From: Vitrella brassicaformis CCMP3155
Lineage: Eukaryota; Protista; Chromerida
DNA length: 64,000 nucleotides
Direction of reading: 5' to 3'
Assembly (NCBI GenBank): GCA_001179505.1
Contig: CDMY01000562.1
Span: 248,001 to 312,000 of the forward strand
The notes under the pieces were generated by a model. That model saw nothing but the letters and a program-made list of their open reading frames with translations, was not told the DNA's origin and did no database searches. Both the position numbers and the translations under genes were made by a program. This document shows positions 28,927 to 40,806 of this stretch, piece by piece; the stretch's first letter is position 1; every line of letters starts with the position of its first letter.

Positions 28927-30000
28927 ATGAGTGCAGAGATGATTGGCCGTTCTGCCTGTCTCGCCCTGTGTGTGGCCGTCGGTGCCCTCGCCCTGTGTGT
29001 GACGGCCACCAGTACGCGTCGCCAGCACATCGACACAGCTTTGCACCAGCACGGTGAGAAATCGCAGCTTTCACGACGGCACCCATGCGTGAATCAGTCA
29101 GCATTGCAATGTGTAGTTACCTCTGCTCGGCTATCGGCACTTCTGAAGCGACACGCCGGTAACTAAGTGACTGGACAGACCGGAGCCTCGCACACACATA
29201 CACACAGTCCCCCCATCCAGCTGCACACATTGTCCCCTCCCCCTTCCTCCGTCCCTTTTGTCAAATCCACCCCCGAAGGCGATGGTCTCCCACGCCCCGG
29301 CCCAGCCCCCTGCCCACCTGGGAGACACCGGTATGCCTGTACGTTCACTGCCCAGCCGAATACCTGCATCTTGTATGTGTGTATGTGTGCATGTAGGCCG
29401 CATGACGACGTGTGTCACGTGTGAGGGCCTCCCAAGGGCTGAGTGCAAGTATCAGAAGTGCACGACTAAGGACGGCTTCCGCGGCGGGTGTGTGTGGACC
29501 GGATCCAAGGGGTGCACGTGTTTGACGGAGAAGCAGGCCCGTATGGACAAAGGTACAGACAGACAGGCAGACAGACAGGCAGATGACGTACGTCAAATTG
29601 TCATGTTTTCTGTCTGTCTGTCTGTCTGTCTGCCTGCGTGGCTGTCTGTCTGGGTACGTATCCCCGTGGCTTCAGGCCAGTGTTTGGACGACGACGAGTG
29701 CACGAATAAGGGCCAGTTCTGCTACCACCACGTGCACAACCAAGAGTTCCTCCACACGCAAACAATCGGGAAAGGCAAGGCAAGCGATAGATAGAGGTCA
29801 AGAAACCCCCTCTCTCTGATTGCTTGACTGCACGGTTGCAGGCGGCGGGCGGCCATTGGGACGCCGGGTGCGGCAAGAAATTTGCCTGGTCGAAGGAGCA
29901 CCCCTGCGACACCGGCCTCAAGTGCAAGAGAAAGACCTCGACCGTATGGGCGGTCGTCCCTATCGTGGAAATGGTTCACGTCTGCCTCAAGCCTGAGTAG
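28927..30000 (+). CDS. Secreted Cys-rich peptide gene, copy C (signal + pro-exon + defensin-like + colipase/Dkk-like modules fused)
   Basis: MSAEMIGRSACLALCVAVGALALCVTATSTRRQHIDTALHQH / VTSARLSALLKRHA / GRMTTCVTCEGLPRAECKYQKCTTKDGFRGGCVWTGSKGCTCLTEKQARMDK / GQCLDDDECTNKGQFCYHHVHNQEFLHTQTIGKGK / AAGGHWDAGCGKKFAWSKEHPCDTGLKCKRKTSTVWAVVPIVEMVHVCLKPE*. Confidence 0.75.
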
Positions 30001-30149
30001 TTAGCAAGCTCGCCAGCCGAAGGGCCAAACACCACACCACACAATTAGCCGGCACACTGTTAGCATAATCATCGGGGGCTGTCAAAGTTGGAAATCCACA
30101 AATCCAAAATCCTGACCTATCCTTCCCAGAGTTTTGATACATCTGCGCA

Positions 30150-31809
30150 ATGACGACGTTCAAGGCTCTTATAGCGTTCGCCGTATGCTTCCTGGTGATC
30201 TCGACCACCGCCGCGGCCATCGGTAAGCATGGGCTATGCAGCCAGCACAGAGGGATTCAGGCAGCGTCAAGGTTGATTGCATGGGCCCCCACCGCCAGCC
30301 ACGATGTGCCTGGGCTGCCGACACGTGCGCGGCCTGCTGCGCTGCCTGCTGTGTTGTCTTTTCAGAGGAAGACTACGACAGCTGTGAGGATTCGAGCTGC
30401 GCCACGGATGGCGGGTTTGGATCCATCTCGGCTGGCAACTCCAGCAGCCACAAAGACTACAAAAACGGTGAGGAACGGTAAGGGGGCAAGGCTGCATGGC
30501 TGGATGCATCGAGAAGGGCAGATCTATCCATCCCCCTGGTTGTATCCATCCATCCATCCAAATCCATCCATTCACTCACTAAGGAGGAAGTTACTGTCTT
30601 GTCTGCCCCGTGTGTGCAGGTGCGTCGTTTGTCGGCCGCACTCAGGAGCAGATCCAGACCATGGCCGCCAATAAGCACGGTGCGGCCGGGAGGGGGCAGG
30701 GAGGGGTGGCCGGTGCGCATGGACGTAAAAACACCCAGACTTATCCGTGGAACACTGTGTGTGTGTGTGTGTGTGTGTGCAGGTGTTGCATTGGGTGTGG
30801 GGGAGTTGTCGGTGTTGCAGCAGCAGATTCAGACCGGCAAGGCCATCCTGCAGTCGGCCACCAAACTCTACACGGCAGCCGACTCGCTCAAGGCCACCGC
30901 CAACGACCTGAGGGCATCAGCAGTGGCGACCATCGATGACATAGCGGACCGCATGGGCGCCATCATGGGCATCGAGCCGGGCACCATGGGTACACAATGT
31001 GTGATGCACCGGAGGCCTTGCATGCAGCGCATATGTGCGTGTGTACTGTCCATTTTATTTGGCTTGTGTTGCTTTGTTTGTTGCCCGATGGATGAATCGA
31101 TGGATGGATGGATGTGTTACGTTGCGTTGCGTTGCGTTGTGTGCAGCCATGGACACCGACCAGCCTGTGGGCCGGGTGCGCACGCCCATCCATCCCTCCA
31201 TGCCACACACGACATGTTGTCTTGCCTTCCTGCTTTCCTGGGTCTCCGTGTGTGTTTTCAGGGTCGAGAGTGGGATCCGTATCAGCCGAATCCCTTAGCG
31301 GATGAACCTGATGAAAACTGGCTAGCGGCAAAGATACTGTGTTCAAAGCGGACAAGCGGGAGAAGCAGGAGGAGAAGCGGGCCCGTATCAATAGAGGTAC
31401 AGACAGACAGGCAGACAGATGACGTGCGTCAAATTGAGATGTTTCTCTGTCTGTCTGTCTGGGTCCGTACCCCCGTGGCTTCAGGCCAGTGTAAGGACGA
31501 CGACGAGTGCACGGAGAAGGGCCAATTCTGTTACAAGCACGTGTACAGCCAGGAGTTCCTCCACACGCACTCCGTCGGGATATGCAAGGCAAGCGAAAGG
31601 TAGAGGTCAAGAAACCCCCTCTCTCTGATTGGTTGACTGCATGGTTGCAGGCGGCGGGCGACCATTGGGACCGGTGCAGCATCAAGAAGAAGCACCCCTG
31701 CAAGGCCGGCCTCAAGTGCACGGAAACGAAACGGCCTCAACCGTTGGCGGTGCTGGCCCTAGATGGCTTGTCACCGACCATCCACATCTGCCTCAAGGAT
31801 GGCGAGTAG
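30150..31809 (+). CDS. Secreted chimeric gene, copy D (different signal peptide + acidic and helical exons + colipase/Dkk-like module)
   Basis: MTTFKALIAFAVCFLVISTTAAAI / EEDYDSCEDSSCATDGG...KDYKN / GASFVGRTQEQIQTMAANKH / GVALGVGELSVLQQQIQTGKAILQSATKLYTAADSLKATANDLRASAVATIDDIADRMGAIMGIEPGTM / AMDTDQPVGR / GREWDPY... / GQCKDDDECTEKGQFCYK...GICK / AAGDHWDRCSIKKKHPCKAGLKCTETKRPQPLAVLALDGLSPTIHICLKDGE*. One junction shows a phase conflict. Confidence 0.6.
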
Positions 31810-32718
31810 TTGGCAAGCTCGCCAGCCGAAGGGCCAAACACCACACCACACAATTAGCCGGCACACTGTTAGCATAATCATACGGATGGGTGACACTACC
31901 TATGTGTGTCTCCGCTGCCTGTCTGTCTGTCTGTCTGATGGGTAGATGGATGAAAGTGTTGGCAATCGATGGTTGATTTAATTCAACACACACAAACACA
32001 CGGACACGGACACGGACGCCCGGTTTCTGTTTTCTTACATCCATCGGTCGGTGTATGGATTTCGGACGGTCATGATGGACAGGCCAGCTGTGGTTAACCG
32101 ACGGCATTCATTCGTCAATGAATTGCACAGACAGCCCAATGTGTATGTGCAGCCGGCCGGCCGACCTGTTGCTGACCGACACTTGACGCGCAATCCCACC
32201 AACACCACGGGGCGTGATGCATGTCTGCACGGCTGTGCGGCCGTTGCACATACCTGGTGCACTCATTCTCACAGGAGTTGAACCGACACACATTGATAAT
32301 TAAGGAAGGTCTCAACACGCAGAACACACATCGATGAAGTCAGTAACTGACTGACTGACCAAACAGGAAGCAGACAGGCGCTCCCGCCGCCGTCTGCCTG
32401 TCTGTCTGTCTGTCTGCATGGCGTAGATATGTACGCCCTAGGCTATGCACCACACACCGATGTCTGTCTGTCTGTATGTCTTATTAAACACACCACATAC
32501 GATAAATCACTCAATGGGTCTTGGTCCGCACGCACACTGCCTGCCTCTCTGCCTCTCTTCCTCTCTGTCGCTCTCTCTGTCTGCCTACGAAAAAATACAC
32601 ACACCGTTTGCGACGTCCCTCCCATCTGTCCTCTCCTCTCCTCTGTCGGGCCTGCCTGTGCCTGTCTCTCTCTACACAGACACACGTCGCCTCGCCACCC
32701 CGGCCGGCCATCCATCTG

Positions 32719-34593
32719 TCATGGTTTCTCGGCCCAGCTGTCGCCGATGGCCCCGTCGGCCACACACGGCACGTGCCTCAGGTATGAGTCGCCCGCCGCC
32801 TCCATCGTCGACACCAATATCCTCAAAGCCTGCACACAAATCACCAACCAACCACACTCACTCGAGCAACACCCAATAGTCTCTCTGTCTGTCTGTGTAT
32901 CTGATACAGACGGACCTCTTGTGCGTGTTGTTCGGGCACTTCCACGATGATTTCGTCATGGACACAGAGCACCACGCGACCGCCGATGGGCTCGAGGAGG
33001 GGCGGCAGCCTGGCGAGGCTCTCCTTGGTGATGTCGGCAGACGTCCCCTGCACCGGGTAGTTGAGGCTCTTGGTGAACTGAAAGGTCGGGAACACCGCGC
33101 GACGGTTAGACCGAGTGCGCGTCTCCCGGTTGCGGGTGCTCTGAAAGGCAGACATTCAGAGAGGGGAATGAGGGGGTGGGTGAGAGGAGAGGAGAGGCGT
33201 GTGGTGGGGGCTGGATAGCTGAGTGTGTGTGGGTGACCTTGGATCGTTTGTGCCAGTTGGTGATGCCCTTGTAGTGGTCGAAGTAGGCCTTGTGGAACTT
33301 GCGCGCGTCAGCCTCGGTCATGGTGACGCCGTAGCCGCTCTCGGCGTAGTCCTTGAATCGGTGGGGCGACATGCCGTAGATGAGGCCGAAGTTGACCGCC
33401 TTGGCCAGCTGACGGTCCGGCTTCTGCACCTCGCTTATCGGCTTGCCTGTCACCAAGCTGGCCGTCAACTTGTGCAGATCCTCACCCTATATGTCACCAC
33501 AGACACACACACACACACACAGAGTTCACAGAAGAGCCATTGTGTCTTTCTTGCGGCCGGACGGACCTTGGCATAAGCCTCAATCATGGTTTGGTCCTCG
33601 GCAAGGTCAGCAGCGATGCGCAGCTCGATTTGCGAGAAGTCGGCAATGACGAACTTGTGGCCGGGCCTGGGGACGAAGCAGCTCCTGAAGCGAGGGTCCC
33701 GTGGGATCTGCTGCAGGTTGGGCGAGTCACACGAGAAGCGACCCGACTCGGCACCGTTCTGGTTGAAGTTGGGGTGGATGCGGCCTGAGGCACAAAGAGG
33801 GCGATTGGGGGCTGTGTGTGGGTGGGTGTGTGTGACAGACCTGTGCGCGGGTTGAGGAATTTGGTCAGCTTGTCGACGAACGCCTGGATGGCCTTGGACA
33901 CCTTCCGGTAGTCACTGCTCAACAGAATCCAACCACACAGCCAAGACGCCACACACTCACATACACACGTGAGATCCATCCAGCGAGAGTGTGTGTGTGT
34001 GTGTGTGTGGCTGAAGCCAAACACCCCACCGAAGAGCCTGTATGGCTGGGTACTGCTGCAGTTTGTTGAGCGTGAAGTCGTTAGTGTCCTGGATCTCCCC
34101 AGTGCCGTCAGGCCCCGGGATGCTCAGGTTCCGGAACACTTGCAGCAGCTGACCAACAACCACAACGGACAGATGGATGGATGGATGGATGCGGGTGTGT
34201 GAGTGGGTACCTGTGGCTGTGAGTTGAAGTTGATGACGGTGTCGTTGTCGAGATGCATCGTCTCGCGCATCCTCGCCAGCACCTACACACACAAACCACA
34301 TACAGACAGACAGACACCACACCCGCGTTAAGTCACCCAAGCGCATCCATCCGTCCATCCATGGGTCGGCATGCGTGTGTGTGTGTGTGTGTGTCCTTAC
34401 GTCTCGTTCCTTCTCCTTGAGTTCGTCGGCGAGCACCCGCCATTTGTCCTGGTCGAGCCCCAGGCCGTTGAGCTCCATGTCGGCCACCGCCAGCATGCAC
34501 CGCATCTCGAGAGACGCCACCTGCACCAAATCGGCCTCCTGCAGCTTGTGCACCAACACGTGACGCAGAGGCAGCAACACACTCGCGTCGCTG

Positions 34594-34631
<38 letters not shown>

Positions 34632-37600
34632 TCAAGAGACTGAGGACCATTGGGTCTGTCTGTCTGTCAGTCTGTCTGGCCGACTTTTTTACCGTGCAGC
34701 GTAGAGGATTTGTTCCTCTGTGAGGAGGTCCGCTCCCCAGTCGGATCTCTGCTGTGTCTTGGAGAGGTAGATGCCCAGGTAGCGCTCGGCGAGATGGTCG
34801 AGCCTGAAGCCGATCTTGCCCTTGCCGGCCTCTAGCAGCTTGGACGCTATCATGGTGTCCAGCAGAGGCGTCGAGATGTTGTACCCTACCGTCTTGAAGA
34901 ACTTGGCCTCGAACTTGCCGTTCTGGAAGACCTTTCTCACGTCGGGGGACGCCAGCATGTCCCGCACAGGCTGCATCGAGGGGCTGTCGAGGGGCACCTT
35001 GAAGGCGTCGATGACGACCACGGGGTGGCCCTCGACGGCCAGCTGGACCAGGCGGATCTTGCACTCGCTCAGCGGGTCCAGCCCGGTGGTCTCGATGTCC
35101 ACGCCGACGAGGGAGGCGTTGGTGATGATGTGTGCGGCCTTGTCGAGGGCCGCCGGGCTCTGGATGTAGTAGTAGTGCGACATGAGGTCGTCGTGGAAGG
35201 GCTCGTCCTCGGGCGGACCGAACACCACCAGCTCCTCCGGGTCCACACTCAGGAAGGCTGATGTGGTGTTCTGCTGTGCTTGGGGGCCGGCCTCATCGGC
35301 ACTTTGGTCGATCGTGGGCAGTGGGTGCAGCTGTGTGCCACTCTTGCTGTAGCGCACCTTGAGAGCCGCAATGATGTCGCCCAACACGGCTGACTTCTTG
35401 CGGCCGCCGGACTTGATGTCGAGGCCCTCCTGATCGATGACGGCCCGCATGTCTTGCAGACGGGAGGAGGGTGAGAGCGTCAGGGTGTAGCCAGGGATGG
35501 TGTGGGTGTCCGTGTGGTGTGGGTGGTCTTGGTCCTCCTTCTTGCCCCTCTTGTAGTGGTGGATGGTGGCGTGGGCGGACGAGCAGTCAGTGGCCGGTGC
35601 GGCGGGGAGCCCCAGGGCCTGGCGGATGTCGATGCAGACTTGCTGCTTGCTGCGGCCGCCCGTCTTGACGTCAAGGCCGTGCTCCTTGATGAGCACACGC
35701 AGCTCCGTCATCTTCATCGAAGACAGCTCCACCTCTGCACCCTCGAACTCATCTGCAATGCCATCATCACCCTGCCCCTGCTCATCTGCCGTGTCAATGG
35801 CGGGCGTCTGCTGTTGCTGCTCGTCGTACACCGTGGTCTCGATGGCCATGGGGGGCATCTCAGTGACATCCGTGGTCGTGTTTGCCTCGGCCGCCGTCTC
35901 CGCCGCTGTGGGGACGGCGAACTGTCGCTCGAGTGCATCCCTGTCGATGGCGATCTCGTCGGCATGCTTCTCGTCGTCCATCTCGGCGAACCGAATTCGG
36001 TCGACAGAGGTGTGTCCGCTTGTGGGCAGGTTGGGGTGGTGGTGGACATGCTGCCATGTGCTCTGCGACGGCTCCAGCAGCGCCGTGCTGGTGGGGTGCG
36101 ACGGGCGAGACATCTCCAGCTGCCGATGGGGATGCTTGCGTGACACCTTCATCTGCAGGGTGTGGGAGGGCATGGCCGGTGCTGGCGACCAGAGGCCTCC
36201 CATGTCGTAGGAGCCGCTGCCTCCGTGCTGCTGTGCCCTCGGGACGGTGAGGTCCCGCCGCGAGCCGACGGAAGACGACGAAGAAGATGAAGATGAAGCG
36301 GTTGGTGTGCCGACGAGGCCGAGGCGGCTGCCACGGCCAAACGTCAGCAGAGAGGACGTCTGCGCGACACCCACTTGACTACCATCATCACTATCATCAC
36401 TGTCACTGTCATCGGTGTCGGGGTCTTCGTCTTGTGTGACGGCCACTTGGGAAGGCGCGTCGGAGGGAGGGGGAGGGGGAGGGGCAGAGGAGGCCACCGT
36501 CTCGTCTTGGCCGCTCCCATCGTCAGCAGCCGTGGCCGGCCTGCGAGCGGCGGTCTTGGTGGCCTTGGTGGCCTTTGCTGCTGCTGGGGCTGCCTTCTTG
36601 CTGGCTGTGGCGGCCCTTTTTGCTGCTGCTGATGTGGTGGTGGATGCGGCCGTCTTGCGACGGGAGGGCGCCTTGGTCGGGTGGACAGCCGCATCAACGG
36701 CCTGGGCTGGCACATGCTGCGCCCGCTGCTGCTGCTGCTGCTGCTGGTCACCCTCAGCTTCATTGGCAGACTGCTGTTGCTGTTGCTGCATGGACCTGAC
36801 GTTAGTCATCACGTCACGAGCAGGGCTGAAGGGCGGCGGACGCGCATGCCTGAAGAAACAAGTGGAGACATCCTGTCTGTCGGTGCCAGGAGGCTCTCAT
36901 CTCAGTGGCCTACCCACTGCCGCCAGGTGTCATGGATTGCAGGCGAGCGAGCTGGTCGTGGTGTGCGGCCATGGATGGGCGGCCTTTGGCGGCCGCCTGC
37001 ACCGCCCGCAGCTCCTCGGGCGACGGCCGCCACGACTCCTTGTTCTGCACATCCAGCTGCTGAATCGTCAGCGACTCCTTGTCGAACACGTAGCTTACTC
37101 GACCCAACTCACCTGTGTGAATGTTTTTAACGGACACATACACACACACACACACACACACATGGTTCATAGTGGGTGCGCATCGCATCGCATTCCGCTG
37201 GCTGCGTGACGCTGACCGGCGAATCGGTTCTTTTTGATGTCGACGTAGGGCGCGCTGTTGCTGGGCCTTTGGAGGATGCACACGTTGTCGGCCTCCTGCG
37301 TGCACTTGACGGACCCAAACACACTCGCTATGCCCAGCAGCGTCCCGTCGTCCTGCATCGCAATGATTGCAACCAAATGCAATCATTGTCCCCAGTCCCC
37401 CCCCCCCCCCCCNNNNNNNNNNNNNNNNNNNNNNNNNNNNNNNNNNNNNNNNNNNNNNNNNNNNNNNNNNNNNNNNNNNNNNNNNNNNNNNNNNNNNNNN
37501 NNNNNNNNNNNNNNNNNNNNNNNNNNNNNNNNNNNNNNNNNNNNNNNNNNNNNNNNNNNNNNNNNNNNNNNNNNNNNNNNNNNNNNNNNNNNNNNNNNNN

Positions 37601-40528
37601 NNNNNNNNNNNNNNNNNNNNNNNNNNNNNNNNNNNNNNNNNNNNNNNNNNNNNNNNNNNNNNNNNNNNNNNNNNNNNNNNNNNNNNNNNNNNNNNNNNNN
37701 NNNNNNNNNNNNCCCCCCCCCCCCCCCCAACACACACACACACGGATGGATGGATGACCCACCTCTTTCCTGGGATGGACGACGAGAGAGATGTGGACAT
37801 TTTTGGTTGTGGCGAATCGTCTGAATTTCTCGATGGCTGTGTTTTGGAGGTCCCATCCCTCGTTGCCCTTGGCCTGGCCGCTGAGCATGAACTGCAGGTT
37901 GTCCAACACGATGTGCTTGACGTCCAACACGTATACGGCATAGTCCATCGCGTCCAGCACCTGATCAATTGGATTGATGCATGCCGGGTGGCATGAGATT
38001 GGAGGGGTGGACGGCTCGTTGGCTGACCTGGTCGACGTCAGTGGAGCCATGGAAGCGCAGGAAGTAGATGGGGAGGCTGCTGAACCGGTTGGCGAAGTAG
38101 TCGAAGCGGTCGGGCTGGTGCTCCAGATTGCACCCAGAAAACTGACGCATCATCATCTTGGCCAACCTGCACACAACACAACACAAAACACCGTATCGTC
38201 GTCTCTCTTGTCCGTCTCTCTCTCTTCGCGTGTGTCGTGTCCTATGGGTCCTCCCTCAGTGCAGTGACCTGAGGTTGTTGATTTCGAATGACCCCCAGAG
38301 GGTCGGGACGCCCTGCAGGCAGTAGTCGAGCGACAGCTGGCTGAGCAGGGTGGTCTTGCCGATCCCCGTTCCGCCCGTCCATATGCTCAACTCCCCAGGA
38401 CGGTGCCCCTTGAGCAGCCGATTCAGACCAGGAACCGTCAGGCTCTGCACCCCGTTGACGCGCCCGGGGTCACGGAGCTCGTCCAACACTTCGCCCCGCA
38501 GCTGGCCGAAGTTGAGGATCTGCGAGTGGGGCATCGGACGCGCCACGTCGATCATCTTCCTCAGGTCATACCTGCACAACAAAGCACAGCACAGCACAAC
38601 AGCACAACAGCACACAAAGATGAGGTGCGTCAGCCAATGCATTACGTAATGGCTGAGGGTGGGGCTGTTGTTGCCGCGCATACGCATCAAACGTACCCCT
38701 TGATGAGCGCTTCGTTGGCGTCTTTGGGCGGTCTCCTGAGTGCCTCGGTGTCGTCACCAGTGTCGATGTTGGCGGGGATGTTGCCCGGGCCAGGGTCCTT
38801 GACCAGGAAGGTCCGCCCTATCCCCAGCTTGTGCGAAAAGTGCTCCGCGCCCTCCTGCCCGGGGCCATCGGCATCCATCCACTGATTGATCGACAACAAG
38901 CAGCAAGTAAGGAAACACACCCAAACAGCCGATGAGCGACGCGACCCGATGCTCTCCCGCCCCAATTCACACACTCACTGTGTTGGCTGGCTGACATGCC
39001 TGATTTACCAGATAGATGTGTTTGAATCGTTCGAAGAAGGGCAGCAGGGCGACGGGCAGCGACCTGGCCCCATTGGGGAGGGAGACGGCGGGGAGCCCGG
39101 TGGCCTGGTGGACCGCCATGGCGTCGAACTCGCCCTCGGTGAGGACGATGGAGTCGGCCGTGTCTGGGATGGTGTGCTCGCCGAAGAGGCCCCACACGCC
39201 GCCCTTGGGCTCCAGACGCATGCACGACTTGTCCGACATCGATCGCACCTTGTACCTGGATGGACACAGACAGAGGGAGGGCGGGCGGGCGTCTGTTGTG
39301 CCCGTCACGGGCCCACCCACGGTCCTCCCACTCGCAGCTACCTGAGGGTGATTTGATGTCCGTCTTCCACTGTGATCCAGGGGAAGGTCACGCACTCGTG
39401 AGTGACGAAGTCGTTCTCATTGTCCTTGGACCGGAACGTGAAGACGCCGGCGCCCACATGGTACTTGTCCAGCTGACGCCCCCAACCACCCCCACCGACA
39501 CACAGGCCACGCGAGCGACACATAAGTAAACGGACTGGTGCGTATCCGTGTGTCACTCACTCACTCACTCAACTCACCACTTCCTTGGTGAGGCCCCGCT
39601 CCTTCTGGAGCCGCTCGAGCATCCCCGGGCACACTCTGTCCTCCATCAGCGCTGATGCAAACCCCGTCACATTCCCCTGCACACACACACACAAGCACAG
39701 CACAGCAAGTGTGTCATCCACCCACTCACACGCCCACGCGCCCACCGACCCACCTGATCAGGCAGTATGGCAGCGGCATCCCCGATATCCCCCCTATTCA
39801 GCACCGCCGCAGCCTGCTGGTCCGGGTTGAGACTCATGAGCACATCTGTCGGCAGGTCGCCCAGGGCCCGCTTGAGGTCATAGAAGCTGCCCTTGAAGCC
39901 GCACCGGTGGCAGAAGCAGTTGCCGTTGTCGCGAAAGACCTCGAGCTTGAAGAGGTTGTCGGGCTTGTTCCTGTGTGGGGGGCACTTGGGGCAGTACTTG
40001 AGGGTGAACCGCTGGGGGCTTGTGTGGTACTCGAGGGCCTTGCGGGTGAGGTAGTCGGACACCTCGTGCGGCGGGATGCGGTAGTGGCTCGACACGAACG
40101 TCGTGCTGGTCGTCCCCGCACCCTGAACCAGTCAACGGACGGATAGATGGAATGAATGGACACAACGAAACAGACAGACAGACAGATGAATGACCCTCGT
40201 ATGAGTGAGTTGCCTGCCTGCCTGCCTGCCTCGGCTCACGTATGTCGCCTACGTCATCATCTGTGGCCTTGGTGGCGGGCGGGTTGTCCAGCACGTGTGG
40301 CGGGTACTTGACCTGCTTGGCATGCGGCGCAGACCTCGCCGTCCTCTGTCTTCGCCGCATCCATGACGGCCTGAACGCGCCATCCGGTTGCTGCAGATGT
40401 CCGTGGGGGGGTGCAGGGGGCCGGAGGAAGGCTGGATCTTGCCACAGAGAAGTGAATGCAGCGTCGTTCGGCAGCTGTGAGCCGCACACTGACGAGATCA
40501 GTGCGAGCAGAATCAACAGATCAGCCAT
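32719..40528 (-). CDS. PREX: PREX: plastid replication/repair enzyme (Twinkle-like primase-helicase + 3'-5' exonuclease + family A DNA polymerase)
   Basis: Bipartite leader MADLLILLALISSVCG + transit peptide; Zn finger CPKC...CHRC; TOPRIM LTEGEFDAMAV and WMDADGPG; helicase TGGTGIGKTT, IVLDNLQF, HISLVVHPRK, KKNRFAG; exonuclease GVDIETTGL; PolA motifs ADFSQIELR, RQLAKAVNFGLIYGM, CVHDEI. The helicase exon splices in phase into the 707-aa linker/exonuclease exon. Confidence 0.93.
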
Positions 40529-40806
40529 CTGTCAACTCGGAAGTATCCTCGGCGCCACCGTGTCATCGTGGTCCGGTGGAGTCGCCGTCACGGTTACCAT
40601 TCCTCGCTGCTCTGATCTCTTTCTCATGTTGAGCTCGCATCCCGCTTCGGGCTCCCTGAAACCGCTGCTCCTTTGGGCTCTGCTCTGTGTAAAACACAAC
40701 ACGGAAGGAGCATTCCGGAGCTCCAAGGCTTCCAGCGCTGCGTGCATTCGTCCCAACCATTCCTTTGCCCGGTGCGCCACTGCTGCTGGCTGCGTTAGTG
40801 CCCTTG

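Noticed and set aside
36415-37209. Long plus-strand ORFs (e.g. 37-453, 35502-36143, 36415-37209, 50399-50995, 60942-61970, 62417-63913)
   Set aside because: They are antisense shadows of GC-rich coding exons on the other strand and run through intronic microsatellites.
32719-40528. T7-like primase-helicase plus PolA as a prophage or endogenous virus
   Set aside because: It is a single intron-rich nuclear gene with a plastid-targeting leader, i.e. the known PREX fusion. No capsid, integrase or other viral genes are nearby.
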